Source: Erythrobacter sp.
Lineage (GTDB): Bacteria; Pseudomonadota; Alphaproteobacteria; Sphingomonadales; Sphingomonadaceae
DNA length: 64,000 bases
Assembly (NCBI GenBank): GCA_013822695.1
Contig: PNKW01000005.1
Span: forward strand, 1,863 to 65,862
Reading direction: 5' to 3'
In this document: positions 1-8,529 of the stretch, one piece after another
Numbering within the stretch: the stretch's first letter is position 1
How the letters are laid out: each line of letters starts with the position of its first letter
Notes under the pieces: model-generated
Seen by the model: the letters and a program-made list of their open reading frames with translations, nothing else
The model's database searches: none
What the model was told of the DNA's origin: nothing
Translations under genes and position numbers: made by a program

Positions 1-883
1 CGATGAACAGGACGGCATGGGGCATCGCCTCAAGCTCGGTCACGACCTGCTTGAGCCGTTCCTCGAAATCGCCGCGATAGCGCGTGCCGGCCAGCAGCGC
101 GCCCATGTCGAGCGAGTAGATCACCGCCTCGGCCAGCACTTCGGGCACATCGCCCTCGATGATCTTGCGCGCCAGGCCTTCCGCGATCGCGGTCTTGCCG
201 ACGCCGGGATCGCCGACATAGAGCGGGTTGTTCTTGGAACGACGGCACAGGATCTGGATCGTCCGGTCGACCTCCGGCCCGCGGCCGATCAGCGGGTCGA
301 TCTTGCCGGCCTCTGCCTTGGCGTTCAAGTTGACGGTGAACTGGTCGAGCGCCGTTTCCTTCTTGTTGCCGCCCTCCTGCTTGGTCTGGGCGGCCTCTTC
401 GGCTTTGTCGGTGCCCTGCGGGGTCTTGGGCTCGATCTGGCGGCCGCCCTTGCCGATGCCGTGGCTGATATAGCTCACCGCATCCAGCCGGCTCATGTCC
501 TGCTGCTGGAGGAAATAGACCGCGTAGGAATCGCGCTCCGAGAACAGCGCGACCAGCACGTTGGCGCCGGTGACGGTGTCCTTGCCGGAGGACTGCACAT
601 GCAGGATCGCGCGCTGGATCACCCGCTGGAAGCCCGCAGTGGGCTGCGGATCGGCGCCGTCCTCGGTCTTGAGGCTCTGGTATTCCTGATCGAGATACTG
701 CTTCACCACCTCGCCAAGTTCGGCCAGGTCGACCCCGCAGGCGGCCATCACCTGCGCCGCGTCTTCATCATCGATCAGCGCCAGCAGCAGATGCTCGAGC
801 GTGGCATATTCATGCCGTCGTTCGGACGCATTGCCGAGCGCATTGTGCAGCGTGCGTTCGAGGTTCTGGGCGAAGCTGGGCAT
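1..883 (-). CDS. clpA: ATP-dependent Clp protease ATP-binding subunit ClpA (5' part; runs off left edge)
   Basis: Manual translation from ATG at 883: MPSFAQNLERTLHNALGNASERRHEYATLEHLLLALIDDEDAAQVM. This is the ClpA N-domain, followed by DPLIGRGPEVDR and the LLVGDPGVGKTAIAEG Walker A. Absent from the ORF track because its stop lies outside the window. Confidence 0.95.
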   Translation of the reverse strand, partial: MPSFAQNLERTLHNALGNASERRHEYATLEHLLLALIDDEDAAQVMAACGVDLAELGEVVKQYLDQEYQSLKTEDGADPQPTAGFQRVIQRAILHVQSSGKDTVTGANVLVALFSERDSYAVYFLQQQDMSRLDAVSYISHGIGKGGRQIEPKTPQGTDKAEEAAQTKQEGGNKKETALDQFTVNLNAKAEAGKIDPLIGRGPEVDRTIQILCRRSKNNPLYVGDPGVGKTAIAEGLARKIIEGDVPEVLAEAVIYSLDMGALLAGTRYRGDFEERLKQVVTELEAMPHAVLFI

Positions 884-1012
884 GGGAGAGGCCTTTTCAG
901 CGGGTGGATGCCCGTGGCGAGGGGGCGGGAGAGGCCGGATTAGGGCTATATGGGTCGGGGTGCAGAAATTGCGAATCCTGGGGTAGGATAAGAACGGGGC
1001 AAGCCGGCAAAA

Positions 1013-1216
1013 TCATCCACCCCCCTTCCCGAACAGCGCGTCGGCCGCGGCGCGGTGTGCGGCGGCCTTGGCGCGATGTGCGGAAACGCGGGCGATTTCA
1101 GCCTCGAGCAGGGCAATGCGTTCATCAAGCTCGGCTTGCGAGTAGGGGCCGAGGTCCTCGGAAGCGAGGCGGCTCGCGGCATCTCCGACAGGCCTTGGGC
1201 GATCGGGTTCTTCCAT
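1013..1216 (-). CDS. DUF1192 family small protein
   Basis: EDLGPYSQAELDERIALLEAEIARV...K..HRAAADALF matches the DUF1192 pattern. Confidence 0.85.
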   Translation of the reverse strand: MEEPDRPRPVGDAASRLASEDLGPYSQAELDERIALLEAEIARVSAHRAKAAAHRAAADALFGKGGG

Positions 1217-1224
1217 TGACTTGC

Positions 1225-1253
1225 AGCATCCGCCCCAAGCGGCTTGCTGTCAA
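1225..1253 (-). promoter_or_regulatory. sigma70-like promoter for DUF1192/clpA, near-leaderless
   Basis: Minus strand TTGACA-N17-GATGCT; the -10 ends 8 nt before the ATG at 1216. Confidence 0.45.
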
Positions 1254-1351
1254 TCGGTGACACGGTTATTCGCCGTGCGATCTTTGGTTAAATTGCGGTT
1301 GCGGGGACGACAGTAATGGGGGCGAGTGGCGGTCCGGGTGTGCCGGAGAGC

Positions 1352-2338
1352 ATGCAATCGATCGGGTTCGACGCGCCCGGCGGGCCCGAGGTGCTGCGCA
1401 TCCAGACCTCGCCCATTCCGCGCCTGCGCCCCGATGATGTCTTGATCCGCGTCGCCTATGCCGGGGTCAACCGCCCTGACTGCCTCCAGCGCGCCGGGCT
1501 CTATCCGCCCCCGCCGGGCGCCTCGCCCTTGCTGGGGCTCGAGGTTTCGGGCGAGATCGTCGCGGTCGGCACCGAAGTCCCGCGCGAGATGATCGGCCAG
1601 CACGTCGCCGCGCTCACCCCCGGCGGCGGCTATGCCGAATATTGCGCCGCGCACTGGCAGCACTGCCTGCCGGTGCCAGCGGGGATGCTGCTGGCCGAAG
1701 CCGCCGCGCTGCCCGAGACGCTGTTTACGGTGTGGCACAACCTGTTCGAACGCGGCCTTGCGCGCGATGGCGAGCGGGTGCTGATCCACGGCGGGACCTC
1801 CGGGATCGGAACCACCGCGATCCTGCTCGCCAAGGCCTTCGACATGGAGGTGATCGTGACCTGCGGCGATGCGGCCAAATGTGCCGCGGCCAAGCGGATC
1901 GGCGCGGATGTCGCGATCAATTACCGCGAGCAGGATTTCGCCGAGGCCGTCCTGGCGCACACCGGGGGCAAGGGCGTCGACATCGTGCTCGACATGGTCT
2001 CGGGCGATTATGTCGCCAAGAACCTCAAATGCCTCGCCGAGGATGGCCGCCACGTCACCATCGCGGTGCTCGGCGGCGCGCGGGCCGAGATCAATATGGC
2101 GCAGGTAATGATGCGCCGCCTGACGCTCACCGGATCGACCCTGCGCCCGCGCTCGGACGCCTTCAAGGCCGCGCTCGCGGACGAGATCACCGACAATGCC
2201 TGGCCGCTGTTCTGCGACGGCGAGCTTGCGCCGGTCATGGACAGGAGCTTCCCCCTCGCCGAAGCCGCCGCCGCCCACACACGAATGGAGGCGGGCGAGC
2301 ATATCGGCAAGATCGTGCTGGAGGTTGCGGGTGGCTGA
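1352..2338 (+). CDS. NAD(P)H-quinone oxidoreductase (zeta-crystallin/PIG3-like MDR)
   Basis: AYAGVNRPDCLQRAGLYPPPPGASPLLGLEVSG, HGGTSGIGT and HIGKIVL motifs; GGAGAG SD before ATG 1352. Confidence 0.92.
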   Translation: MQSIGFDAPGGPEVLRIQTSPIPRLRPDDVLIRVAYAGVNRPDCLQRAGLYPPPPGASPLLGLEVSGEIVAVGTEVPREMIGQHVAALTPGGGYAEYCAAHWQHCLPVPAGMLLAEAAALPETLFTVWHNLFERGLARDGERVLIHGGTSGIGTTAILLAKAFDMEVIVTCGDAAKCAAAKRIGADVAINYREQDFAEAVLAHTGGKGVDIVLDMVSGDYVAKNLKCLAEDGRHVTIAVLGGARAEINMAQVMMRRLTLTGSTLRPRSDAFKAALADEITDNAWPLFCDGELAPVMDRSFPLAEAAAAHTRMEAGEHIGKIVLEVAGG

Positions 2339-2960
2339 TACGCTGATTCTCCACGAAGACCCCCGCAGCGGGAATTGCTTCAAGATCCGCCTGACCGCCG
2401 CGCTTCTTGGCCTGCCGCTGGCCGTGCGCGGCTACGACATCATGAAGGGCGAAACACGGACGCCCGAATTCCTCGCGCAGGTCAACGCCAATGGCCGCAT
2501 CCCGGTGTTACAGATCGGTGAAGGGCCCGCGGCGCGGTTCCTGCCCGAAAGCAACGCCGCCTGCTGGTATCTCGCGCATGGCAGCGCGCTGATCCCGCAG
2601 GAGCGCTTCGCGCAGGCGGACATGCTGCGCTGGATGTTCTTCGAGCAATATAATCACGAACCCAACGTCGCGACGCTGCGCTTCTGGCTGCGCTTCGTGG
2701 GCGAGGGCAATCTCTCGGCCGAGCAGCGCGCGCAGATCATGGCCAAGCGCATGGCGGGCTGCGCGGCGCTGGAGCTGATGGACAAGCATCTGGCGCAGCA
2801 CGCCTTTTTCTGCGGCGCGGCGCCGACGCTCGCCGATATTGCCCTGTTCGCCTACACCCATGTCGCCGAAGAGGGCGGCTTCGGCCTTGGCGATTACAAG
2901 GCGGTGCAGGCATGGATCGCGCGGGTCGAGACGCTCCCCGGCTTTGTCCCGATGGACTGA
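2331..2960 (+). CDS. Glutathione S-transferase family protein
   Basis: SGNCFKIRL, NANGRIPVL, LPESNA and TLADIALFAYTH motifs; GTG start overlaps the upstream stop. Confidence 0.9.
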   Translation: MADTLILHEDPRSGNCFKIRLTAALLGLPLAVRGYDIMKGETRTPEFLAQVNANGRIPVLQIGEGPAARFLPESNAACWYLAHGSALIPQERFAQADMLRWMFFEQYNHEPNVATLRFWLRFVGEGNLSAEQRAQIMAKRMAGCAALELMDKHLAQHAFFCGAAPTLADIALFAYTHVAEEGGFGLGDYKAVQAWIARVETLPGFVPMD

Positions 2961-3010
2961 CCGACCGACCGACGGCAGCCATCGACGGACGCTTGCACGA
3001 TTCCCTTGAT

Positions 3011-3138
3011 TTGTCGCGCGACGGTCATATTTTGGTTATGACAACACCGGCAAGAGTCATGTTTGAATCGTGCGCCTTTCGGAAAATGACGCGAAACCGT
3101 CATTTGCCTGTGAGTCGGCTGTAACAATTGGCTGTCAT
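3011..3138 (+). promoter_or_regulatory. Pho-box-like direct repeats (PhoB) upstream of plcP
   Basis: Half-sites at 11-bp periodicity: CCGTCAT (3097), CTGTGAG (3108), CTGTAAC (3119), plus CTGTCAT (3132). A second pair is TTGTCGC (3011) / CGGTCAT (3022). Consensus half-site is CTGTCAT. Confidence 0.6.
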
Positions 3139-3174
3139 GGAGGTCGGACGAGACCTGACACTCAAGGGTTACCC

Positions 3175-4092
3175 ATGACCAGTGCCGACCTCTCCGATCT
3201 GATTGCCGACAATATCGCAAGCTTCCCCGCTTCCGCCCTGCGGATTCCCGAGCCCGAAGGCAACGCGCGCCGCTCGTACCGCACCGTGTGGATCAGCGAC
3301 GTCCACCTCGGCACCAAGGGCTGCAATGCCGAGCTGCTGATCGACTTCCTCGACAATGTCGACAGCGAGACGATGTATCTGGTCGGCGACATCATCGATG
3401 GCTGGCGGCTGAAGAAGAAGTTCTACTGGCCATCCGCGCACAACGACATCGTGTGGCGCATCATGAAGCGCGCCCGGCGCGGCACCCGGGTGGTCTACAT
3501 CCCGGGCAACCATGACGAGATGTTCCGCCAGTTCACCGGCCTCAACTTCGGCGGGATCGAGATCCGCCGTGCCGCCTTCCACGATACCGCCGACGGCCGC
3601 CGCCTGATGGTGCTCCACGGCGACGAGTTCGACGCGGTGATGCTCTCGCACCGCTGGCTCGCCTTCGTGGGCGATCATGCCTATCACTTCATGATGAAGT
3701 GCAATGTGGCGGTGAACACTGTGCGGCGCTGGATGGGCAAGCCCTACTGGTCGCTCTCCAAGGCCGCCAAGCACAAGGTCAAGAACGCGGTCGAATTCAT
3801 CGGCAAGTACGAGGAAGTCGTCGCCCGCGCCGCTGGCGAGCGCGGGGTCGATGGCGTGGTGTGCGGGCACATCCACACCGCCGAATTCCGCATGTTCGAA
3901 CACAATGGCAAGCCGGTCGAGTACTGGAATGACGGCGACTGGGTCGAAGGCTGCAACGCGCTGGTCGAGCATCACGACGGGCGCATGGAAATCCTCCACT
4001 GGCCCGAGGAGATGAAGCGGCGTGCCGAGGGTGAGGCCGCTGCGGCCGATGCCGCCGCGCCCGCGACGGATCCGGCGCGCGAGGCGGCGTGA
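3175..4092 (+). CDS. plcP: Metallophosphoesterase of the PlcP / 'UDP-2,3-diacylglucosamine diphosphatase' family; probable phospholipase C PlcP
   Basis: YRTVWISDVHLG, LYLVGDIIDGW, YIPGNHDE, HGDEFD, CGHIH and NDGDWVE motifs; coupled to a GT4 gene; Pho-like boxes upstream. Confidence 0.7.
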   Translation: MTSADLSDLIADNIASFPASALRIPEPEGNARRSYRTVWISDVHLGTKGCNAELLIDFLDNVDSETMYLVGDIIDGWRLKKKFYWPSAHNDIVWRIMKRARRGTRVVYIPGNHDEMFRQFTGLNFGGIEIRRAAFHDTADGRRLMVLHGDEFDAVMLSHRWLAFVGDHAYHFMMKCNVAVNTVRRWMGKPYWSLSKAAKHKVKNAVEFIGKYEEVVARAAGERGVDGVVCGHIHTAEFRMFEHNGKPVEYWNDGDWVEGCNALVEHHDGRMEILHWPEEMKRRAEGEAAAADAAAPATDPAREAA

Positions 4093-5210
4093 ACCGGCTC
4101 ACGACGATCCCGACCGACAGCGCCTCTCCCGCCCCGGCTGCGATCGCGCCTTCGGGGCCCATCCCCGCATCGATCGCGATCGTCACCGACGCCTGGCACC
4201 CGCAGACCAACGGGGTGGTGCGCACGCTTTCGACCACCTGCGAGGTGCTGCGCGGCTGGGGGCACGAGGTGACCGTGATCAGCCCCGAGGGCTATCCCTC
4301 GATCCCCGCGCCGACCTATCCCGAGATCCGCCTCGCGCTGACTGCGCCGGGTGCGGTCGGGCGGCAGCTCGCCAGGATCAAGCCCGAGGCGGTGCACATC
4401 GCCACCGAGGGCCCCCTGGGCTTCGCCGCGCGGCGTTACTGCCTGAGGCGCAAGGTGCCCTTCACCACCGCCTACCACACCCAGTTCCCCGATTATCTCG
4501 CGCGCCGCACCGGTCTGCCGGCGAGCGCCTTCTGGCCCTATATCCGCTGGTTCCATCGTCCGGCGCAGCGCATCATGGTCGCCACCGAGACGATCCGTGC
4601 GCAATTGCGCGCGCAGGGTCTGACCCAGCTCACCCACTGGAGCCGGGGGGTCGATCTCGCCTGCTTCTCCCCCGATGCCCCGCCGCCGCCCGAATATGCC
4701 GGGCTTGAAGGCCCGATCCTGCTCTATGTCGGGCGGGTCGCGGTCGAGAAGAACATCGAGGCCTTCCTCGCCTGTCCCTATCCCGGCACCAAGGTGGTGG
4801 TGGGTGATGGCCCGGCCCGCGCGAGCCTTGCGGCGAAGTTTCCGCAGGCACGGTTCCTCGGCAAGAAGACCGGAGTGGAGCTGGCCGGGTGCTATGCCGG
4901 CGCGGATGTCTTCGTCTTCCCGAGCCGCACCGACACCTTCGGCCTCGTGATGATCGAAGCGCTCGCCTGCGGGACGCCGGTCGCCGCCTTTCCGGTGCCC
5001 GGCCCGCTCGACATTGTCACCGACAAGGTCGGCGCGATGAGCGAGGACCTGACTCGCGCGATCGATGCTGCGCGTTATTGCGACCGCGCGGCATGCGCGA
5101 CCTATGGCGCGAGTTTCTCGTGGGACGCGGCGACCCGCCAGTTTCTCACCGGACTGGTGGCGCTGGAAGAGGAAGAGGCGGTCAGCCTGCAGACGCCGGA
5201 CGTATTCTGA
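4089..5210 (+). CDS. GT4 glycosyltransferase, probable Agt-type glycolipid synthase
   Basis: IVTDAWHPQTNGVVRTL, YVGRVAVEKNIEAF and FPSRTDTFGLVMIEALACGTPV motifs; GTGA overlap with the upstream gene. Confidence 0.85.
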   Translation: MNRLTTIPTDSASPAPAAIAPSGPIPASIAIVTDAWHPQTNGVVRTLSTTCEVLRGWGHEVTVISPEGYPSIPAPTYPEIRLALTAPGAVGRQLARIKPEAVHIATEGPLGFAARRYCLRRKVPFTTAYHTQFPDYLARRTGLPASAFWPYIRWFHRPAQRIMVATETIRAQLRAQGLTQLTHWSRGVDLACFSPDAPPPPEYAGLEGPILLYVGRVAVEKNIEAFLACPYPGTKVVVGDGPARASLAAKFPQARFLGKKTGVELAGCYAGADVFVFPSRTDTFGLVMIEALACGTPVAAFPVPGPLDIVTDKVGAMSEDLTRAIDAARYCDRAACATYGASFSWDAATRQFLTGLVALEEEEAVSLQTPDVF

Positions 5211-5308
5211 ATCCAATTCTTGCCGTCCGGCGGCATTTCGCTTATCTGCGCTCGCAAGGCGGCCGCTCCGAAAGGGGCGGCCCTTCTATTTTCAACGGAG
5301 ATTTGCCC

Positions 5309-6046
5309 ATGGCGACCAAGGATCAGCCCAAGCCGCTGATGCCGCATGCCACCGCGACCTGGCTGGTGGACAACACCGCGCTGTCCTTTGAACAGATCGC
5401 CGAGTTTTGCGGCCTCCACATCCTCGAAGTGCAGGCGATGGCCGATGACCTTGCGGGCAGCAAGTACACCGGGCGTGATCCGGTGCATTCGGGCGAACTG
5501 ACGCAAGGCGAGATCGAGCTCGGGCAGAACGACCCGACCTATTCGCTCAAGATGCACAAGGCGCCGGTCGAGGTGACCCGCACCAAGGGCCCGCGCTACA
5601 CCCCCGTCTCGAAGCGGCAGGACAAGCCCGACGGCATCGCCTGGATCCTGCGCAACCACCCCGAGGTGTCGGATGCGCAGATCTCCAAGCTGATCGGCAC
5701 CACCCGCAACACCATCGGCGCGCTGCGCGACCGCACGCACTGGAACATCCAGAACATCCAGCCCAAGGACCCGGTGACGCTCGGCCTGTGCTCGCAGCGC
5801 GAGCTTGACGCGATGGTCGCCAAGGCGGCCAAGCGCGCCGGTATCACCGAGGATGCGGATGCTCCGGTCAGGGCCGAGCGCAACGACCGCGAGAAGCTGA
5901 TCGAGGAACTGCGCGCCGAACGCGATGCCCAGACCAAAGCCGCTGCCCAGGCCGCGCAGGAGGCCGAGGCCGAAGCCTGGCTCGCCGCCCGCCGCGCTGC
6001 CGAGGCCGAGGAGCAGAAGATCGACCCCGAGAGCGGGTTTATTTGA
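5309..6046 (+). CDS. DUF1013 family protein
   Basis: PLMPHATATWLVDNTALSFEQIAEFCGLHILEVQ and YTPVSKRQDKPDGIAWI. Confidence 0.9.
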   Translation: MATKDQPKPLMPHATATWLVDNTALSFEQIAEFCGLHILEVQAMADDLAGSKYTGRDPVHSGELTQGEIELGQNDPTYSLKMHKAPVEVTRTKGPRYTPVSKRQDKPDGIAWILRNHPEVSDAQISKLIGTTRNTIGALRDRTHWNIQNIQPKDPVTLGLCSQRELDAMVAKAAKRAGITEDADAPVRAERNDREKLIEELRAERDAQTKAAAQAAQEAEAEAWLAARRAAEAEEQKIDPESGFI

Positions 6047-6074
6047 GAGGCGATTGCGCTCACGAATCTCACAT

Positions 6075-6163
6075 CGTCGTCCCGTGCTTGACACGGGGTT
6101 TGGCCATCTTCGGTTTCGCGACCTGAAGAAGAAGCCGAGCCCCGGATCAAGTACGGGGTGACG
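6075..6163. repeat. Palindromic repeat family A, degenerate intergenic copy
   Basis: cgtcgtcccgtgcttgacacgggg...cccggatcaagtacggggtgacg. Two hairpin arms in inverted orientation, 89 bp, same architecture as 46065-46152. Confidence 0.75.
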
Positions 6164-6245
6164 TTGTTTTGAGGTGGCGCGGAAATGGCGCGAGTCCCCG
6201 CAGTTTCGCTTGTGCGCCAAGCCATTGTGGGCCACTATTATTGAC

Positions 6246-7916
6246 ATGCCTGTCAGTAACGTCGCGCCCGCCGCCTATCATCACCCCGTCCCGCTCGAGA
6301 CGCGCTTCGCCCCGGCAAGCCTGCCCGCACTGCTCGAACGCACGCTGGCGATGAACCCGCAGGCGCCGTTCCTGCATTTCCTCGGGCGGACGTACAGCTA
6401 CGCCCAGATCCACAAGCAGGCCCGCGCCTTTGCTGCCGGGCTTCAGGCGCTGGGCATCGCCAAGGGCGACCGCGTCGGCCTGTTCCTCCCCAACGTCCCG
6501 ATCTACGCCGCCGCCTATTACGGCGCGATGATGGCGGGCGCCGTGGTGGTGAACTTCTCGCCGCTCTATTCGGTCGAGGAGCTGAGCTGGCAGGTCGGCG
6601 ACAGCGGCACCAAGGTGCTGGTGACGGTGGACGTGCCCGAACTTTACAAGACCGCCAGCAAGGTGCTGGGGGGCTCTGCGCTCGAGACGCTGGTGGTGGG
6701 CCGCCTTGCCGACATGCTGCCTTGGTACAAGGGGATCGCGCTCAAGCTGCTGAAGCGCGATCAGATTGCCGATGTCGCCTATGGCGCGGCGATCAGGAGC
6801 TGGGCCGAGATGACCCCCGGCACCGCCCCCGCCGCGGTCGAAGTTACCCCCGCCGACCTTGCCCTGCTCCAGTACACCGGCGGCACAACCGGGCGGCCCA
6901 AGGGGGCGATGCTGGGGCATGATCAGCTTTCGGTAAACGCCCAGCAGGTCGCGGCATTGAACCCCTTCGGCAACCCGGCGGGTGAGTGCTTCATGGGCGC
7001 GCTGCCGTTCTTCCACGTCTTCGCCAACACCGCGCTGCTCAATCACGCGATGGTGACAGGCGCGTCGATCGCGATGGTGCCGCGGTTCGAGACGAAACAG
7101 GTGCTCGCCACGATCCAGCAATACCGCTGCACCGGCTTTCCCGGCGTGCCGACGATGTTCCAGGCGATGCTCGATCACCCCGATCTCGCCAAGACCGATC
7201 TCTCCAGCCTGAAAGTCTGCATTTCCGGCGGCGCGCCGATGCCGGGGCCGGTGCACGAGAAGTTCGAGGCCGTCACCGGCGTGCGTATCTGCGAGGGCTA
7301 TGGCCTCACCGAAAGTTCGGGCGTGGTCTCGGCCAATCCCTATGACGGCACCCGCAAGCGCGGCACCATCGGCCAGCTGGTGCCGGGGACCGAGGTGGTG
7401 CTGCTCGACAAGGAGGATCACACCAGGCTCGCTCCCGATGGCGAACCCGGCGAGCTCGCCGTCCACGGGCCGCAGGTCATGCGCGGATACTGGAACCGGC
7501 CCGAGACCGATGCCGACAGCTTCGCCGAGATCGAAGGCAAGCGCTACCTGCGCACCGGCGATGTCGCGCGGATCGATGAAGACGGCTTCCTCGAGATCGT
7601 CGACCGCATCAAGGACATGATCGCGGTGGGCGGATTCAAGGTGTTTCCGAGCGTGGTGGAGGACGTGATCCTCGAACACCCGGCGGTCAAGGAAGCGCTG
7701 GTGATCGGCGTTCCCGAAGAATATCGCGGCGAGGTGCCGCGCGCCTATGTCACCCTGAACGATGGCGCCGCCGCGAGTGCCGAGGAGCTGGCGAACTGGC
7801 TCAACGCGAAGATCGGCAAGCACGAGCGGGTCGACATGGTGGTGGTGCGCGAAAGCCTGCCCAAGACGATGATCGGCAAGCTGGATCGCAAGTCGCTGCG
7901 GGCCGAGGTGCTTTGA
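6246..7916 (+). CDS. Long-chain fatty acid--CoA ligase (FadD-like)
   Basis: LLQYTGGTTGRPKG, EGYGLTESS and RTGDVARIDEDGFLEIVDRIKDMI (AMP-binding signature motifs). Confidence 0.92.
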   Translation: MPVSNVAPAAYHHPVPLETRFAPASLPALLERTLAMNPQAPFLHFLGRTYSYAQIHKQARAFAAGLQALGIAKGDRVGLFLPNVPIYAAAYYGAMMAGAVVVNFSPLYSVEELSWQVGDSGTKVLVTVDVPELYKTASKVLGGSALETLVVGRLADMLPWYKGIALKLLKRDQIADVAYGAAIRSWAEMTPGTAPAAVEVTPADLALLQYTGGTTGRPKGAMLGHDQLSVNAQQVAALNPFGNPAGECFMGALPFFHVFANTALLNHAMVTGASIAMVPRFETKQVLATIQQYRCTGFPGVPTMFQAMLDHPDLAKTDLSSLKVCISGGAPMPGPVHEKFEAVTGVRICEGYGLTESSGVVSANPYDGTRKRGTIGQLVPGTEVVLLDKEDHTRLAPDGEPGELAVHGPQVMRGYWNRPETDADSFAEIEGKRYLRTGDVARIDEDGFLEIVDRIKDMIAVGGFKVFPSVVEDVILEHPAVKEALVIGVPEEYRGEVPRAYVTLNDGAAASAEELANWLNAKIGKHERVDMVVVRESLPKTMIGKLDRKSLRAEVL

Positions 7917-7937
7917 CCGGCGCCAAAGTTCGCCAAA

Positions 7938-7953
7938 TGTTTCACGTGGAACA
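7938..7953. other. parS: parS centromere-like site (ParB binding)
   Basis: TGTTTCACGTGGAACA, one mismatch to TGTTTCACGTGAAACA; the palindrome extends to AA/TT flanks; intergenic between convergent genes. Confidence 0.85.
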
Positions 7954-8070
7954 TTGCTGCCGCGCGTAAATCCACCGCGACGACATCGCCACCATATGGC
8001 GACGACCGCGCGACTATATCGCTACGCGGGAACGCATGTGCACCGGCACGGCGTCATCAAGACGACAGTC

Positions 8071-8529
8071 CTATTCCGCAGCTTCGATCTGCGCGGGGGC
8101 GCTCGGCACGGCCTTGACCGCCTGCCGGGCGTTCGGAGCAAACCGCCCGTCCACTTCCGCACCCTGCTCGATGGTCAGCGCATCGTAATGCACATCGCCC
8201 TCGATCCGGGCGGTCTTGAGGATCACCAGCTCCTTGGCGGTGATCGAGCCGGTCACCTTGCCCGCAAGCCGCGCGGCATCGGCGGTGACCACGCCATTGA
8301 TCGCGCTCTTTTCGCCCTGGACGAGGCTCGCACAGGTGATGTCGCCATCGATGCGGCCATCGATATGCAAATCGGCGGTGGCGGAGATGTTGCCGGTGAT
8401 CGTGACGTCGGCGCCGATCACCGAAAAGGTCGAGCCAGAACCCATCATGCTGCTCCTGTTAGCGGGCCGCGCCTGCGGGGCGGCGGGCAGGGGAACCGGA
8501 TCCGGCTGCGCGGACTTCCTTGAGAACAT
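8071..8529 (-). CDS. Bactofilin (polymer-forming cytoskeletal protein)
   Basis: SVIGADVTITGNI...LHIDGRIDGDI...ARIEGDVHYDALTIEQGAEVDG beta-helix repeats. Confidence 0.92.
   Translation of the reverse strand: MFSRKSAQPDPVPLPAAPQARPANRSSMMGSGSTFSVIGADVTITGNISATADLHIDGRIDGDITCASLVQGEKSAINGVVTADAARLAGKVTGSITAKELVILKTARIEGDVHYDALTIEQGAEVDGRFAPNARQAVKAVPSAPAQIEAAE

Noticed and set aside
3175-4092. Calling this gene lpxH (lipid A synthesis)
   Set aside because: The GT4 coupling and Pho-like boxes fit PlcP better, and no lpx genes are nearby.
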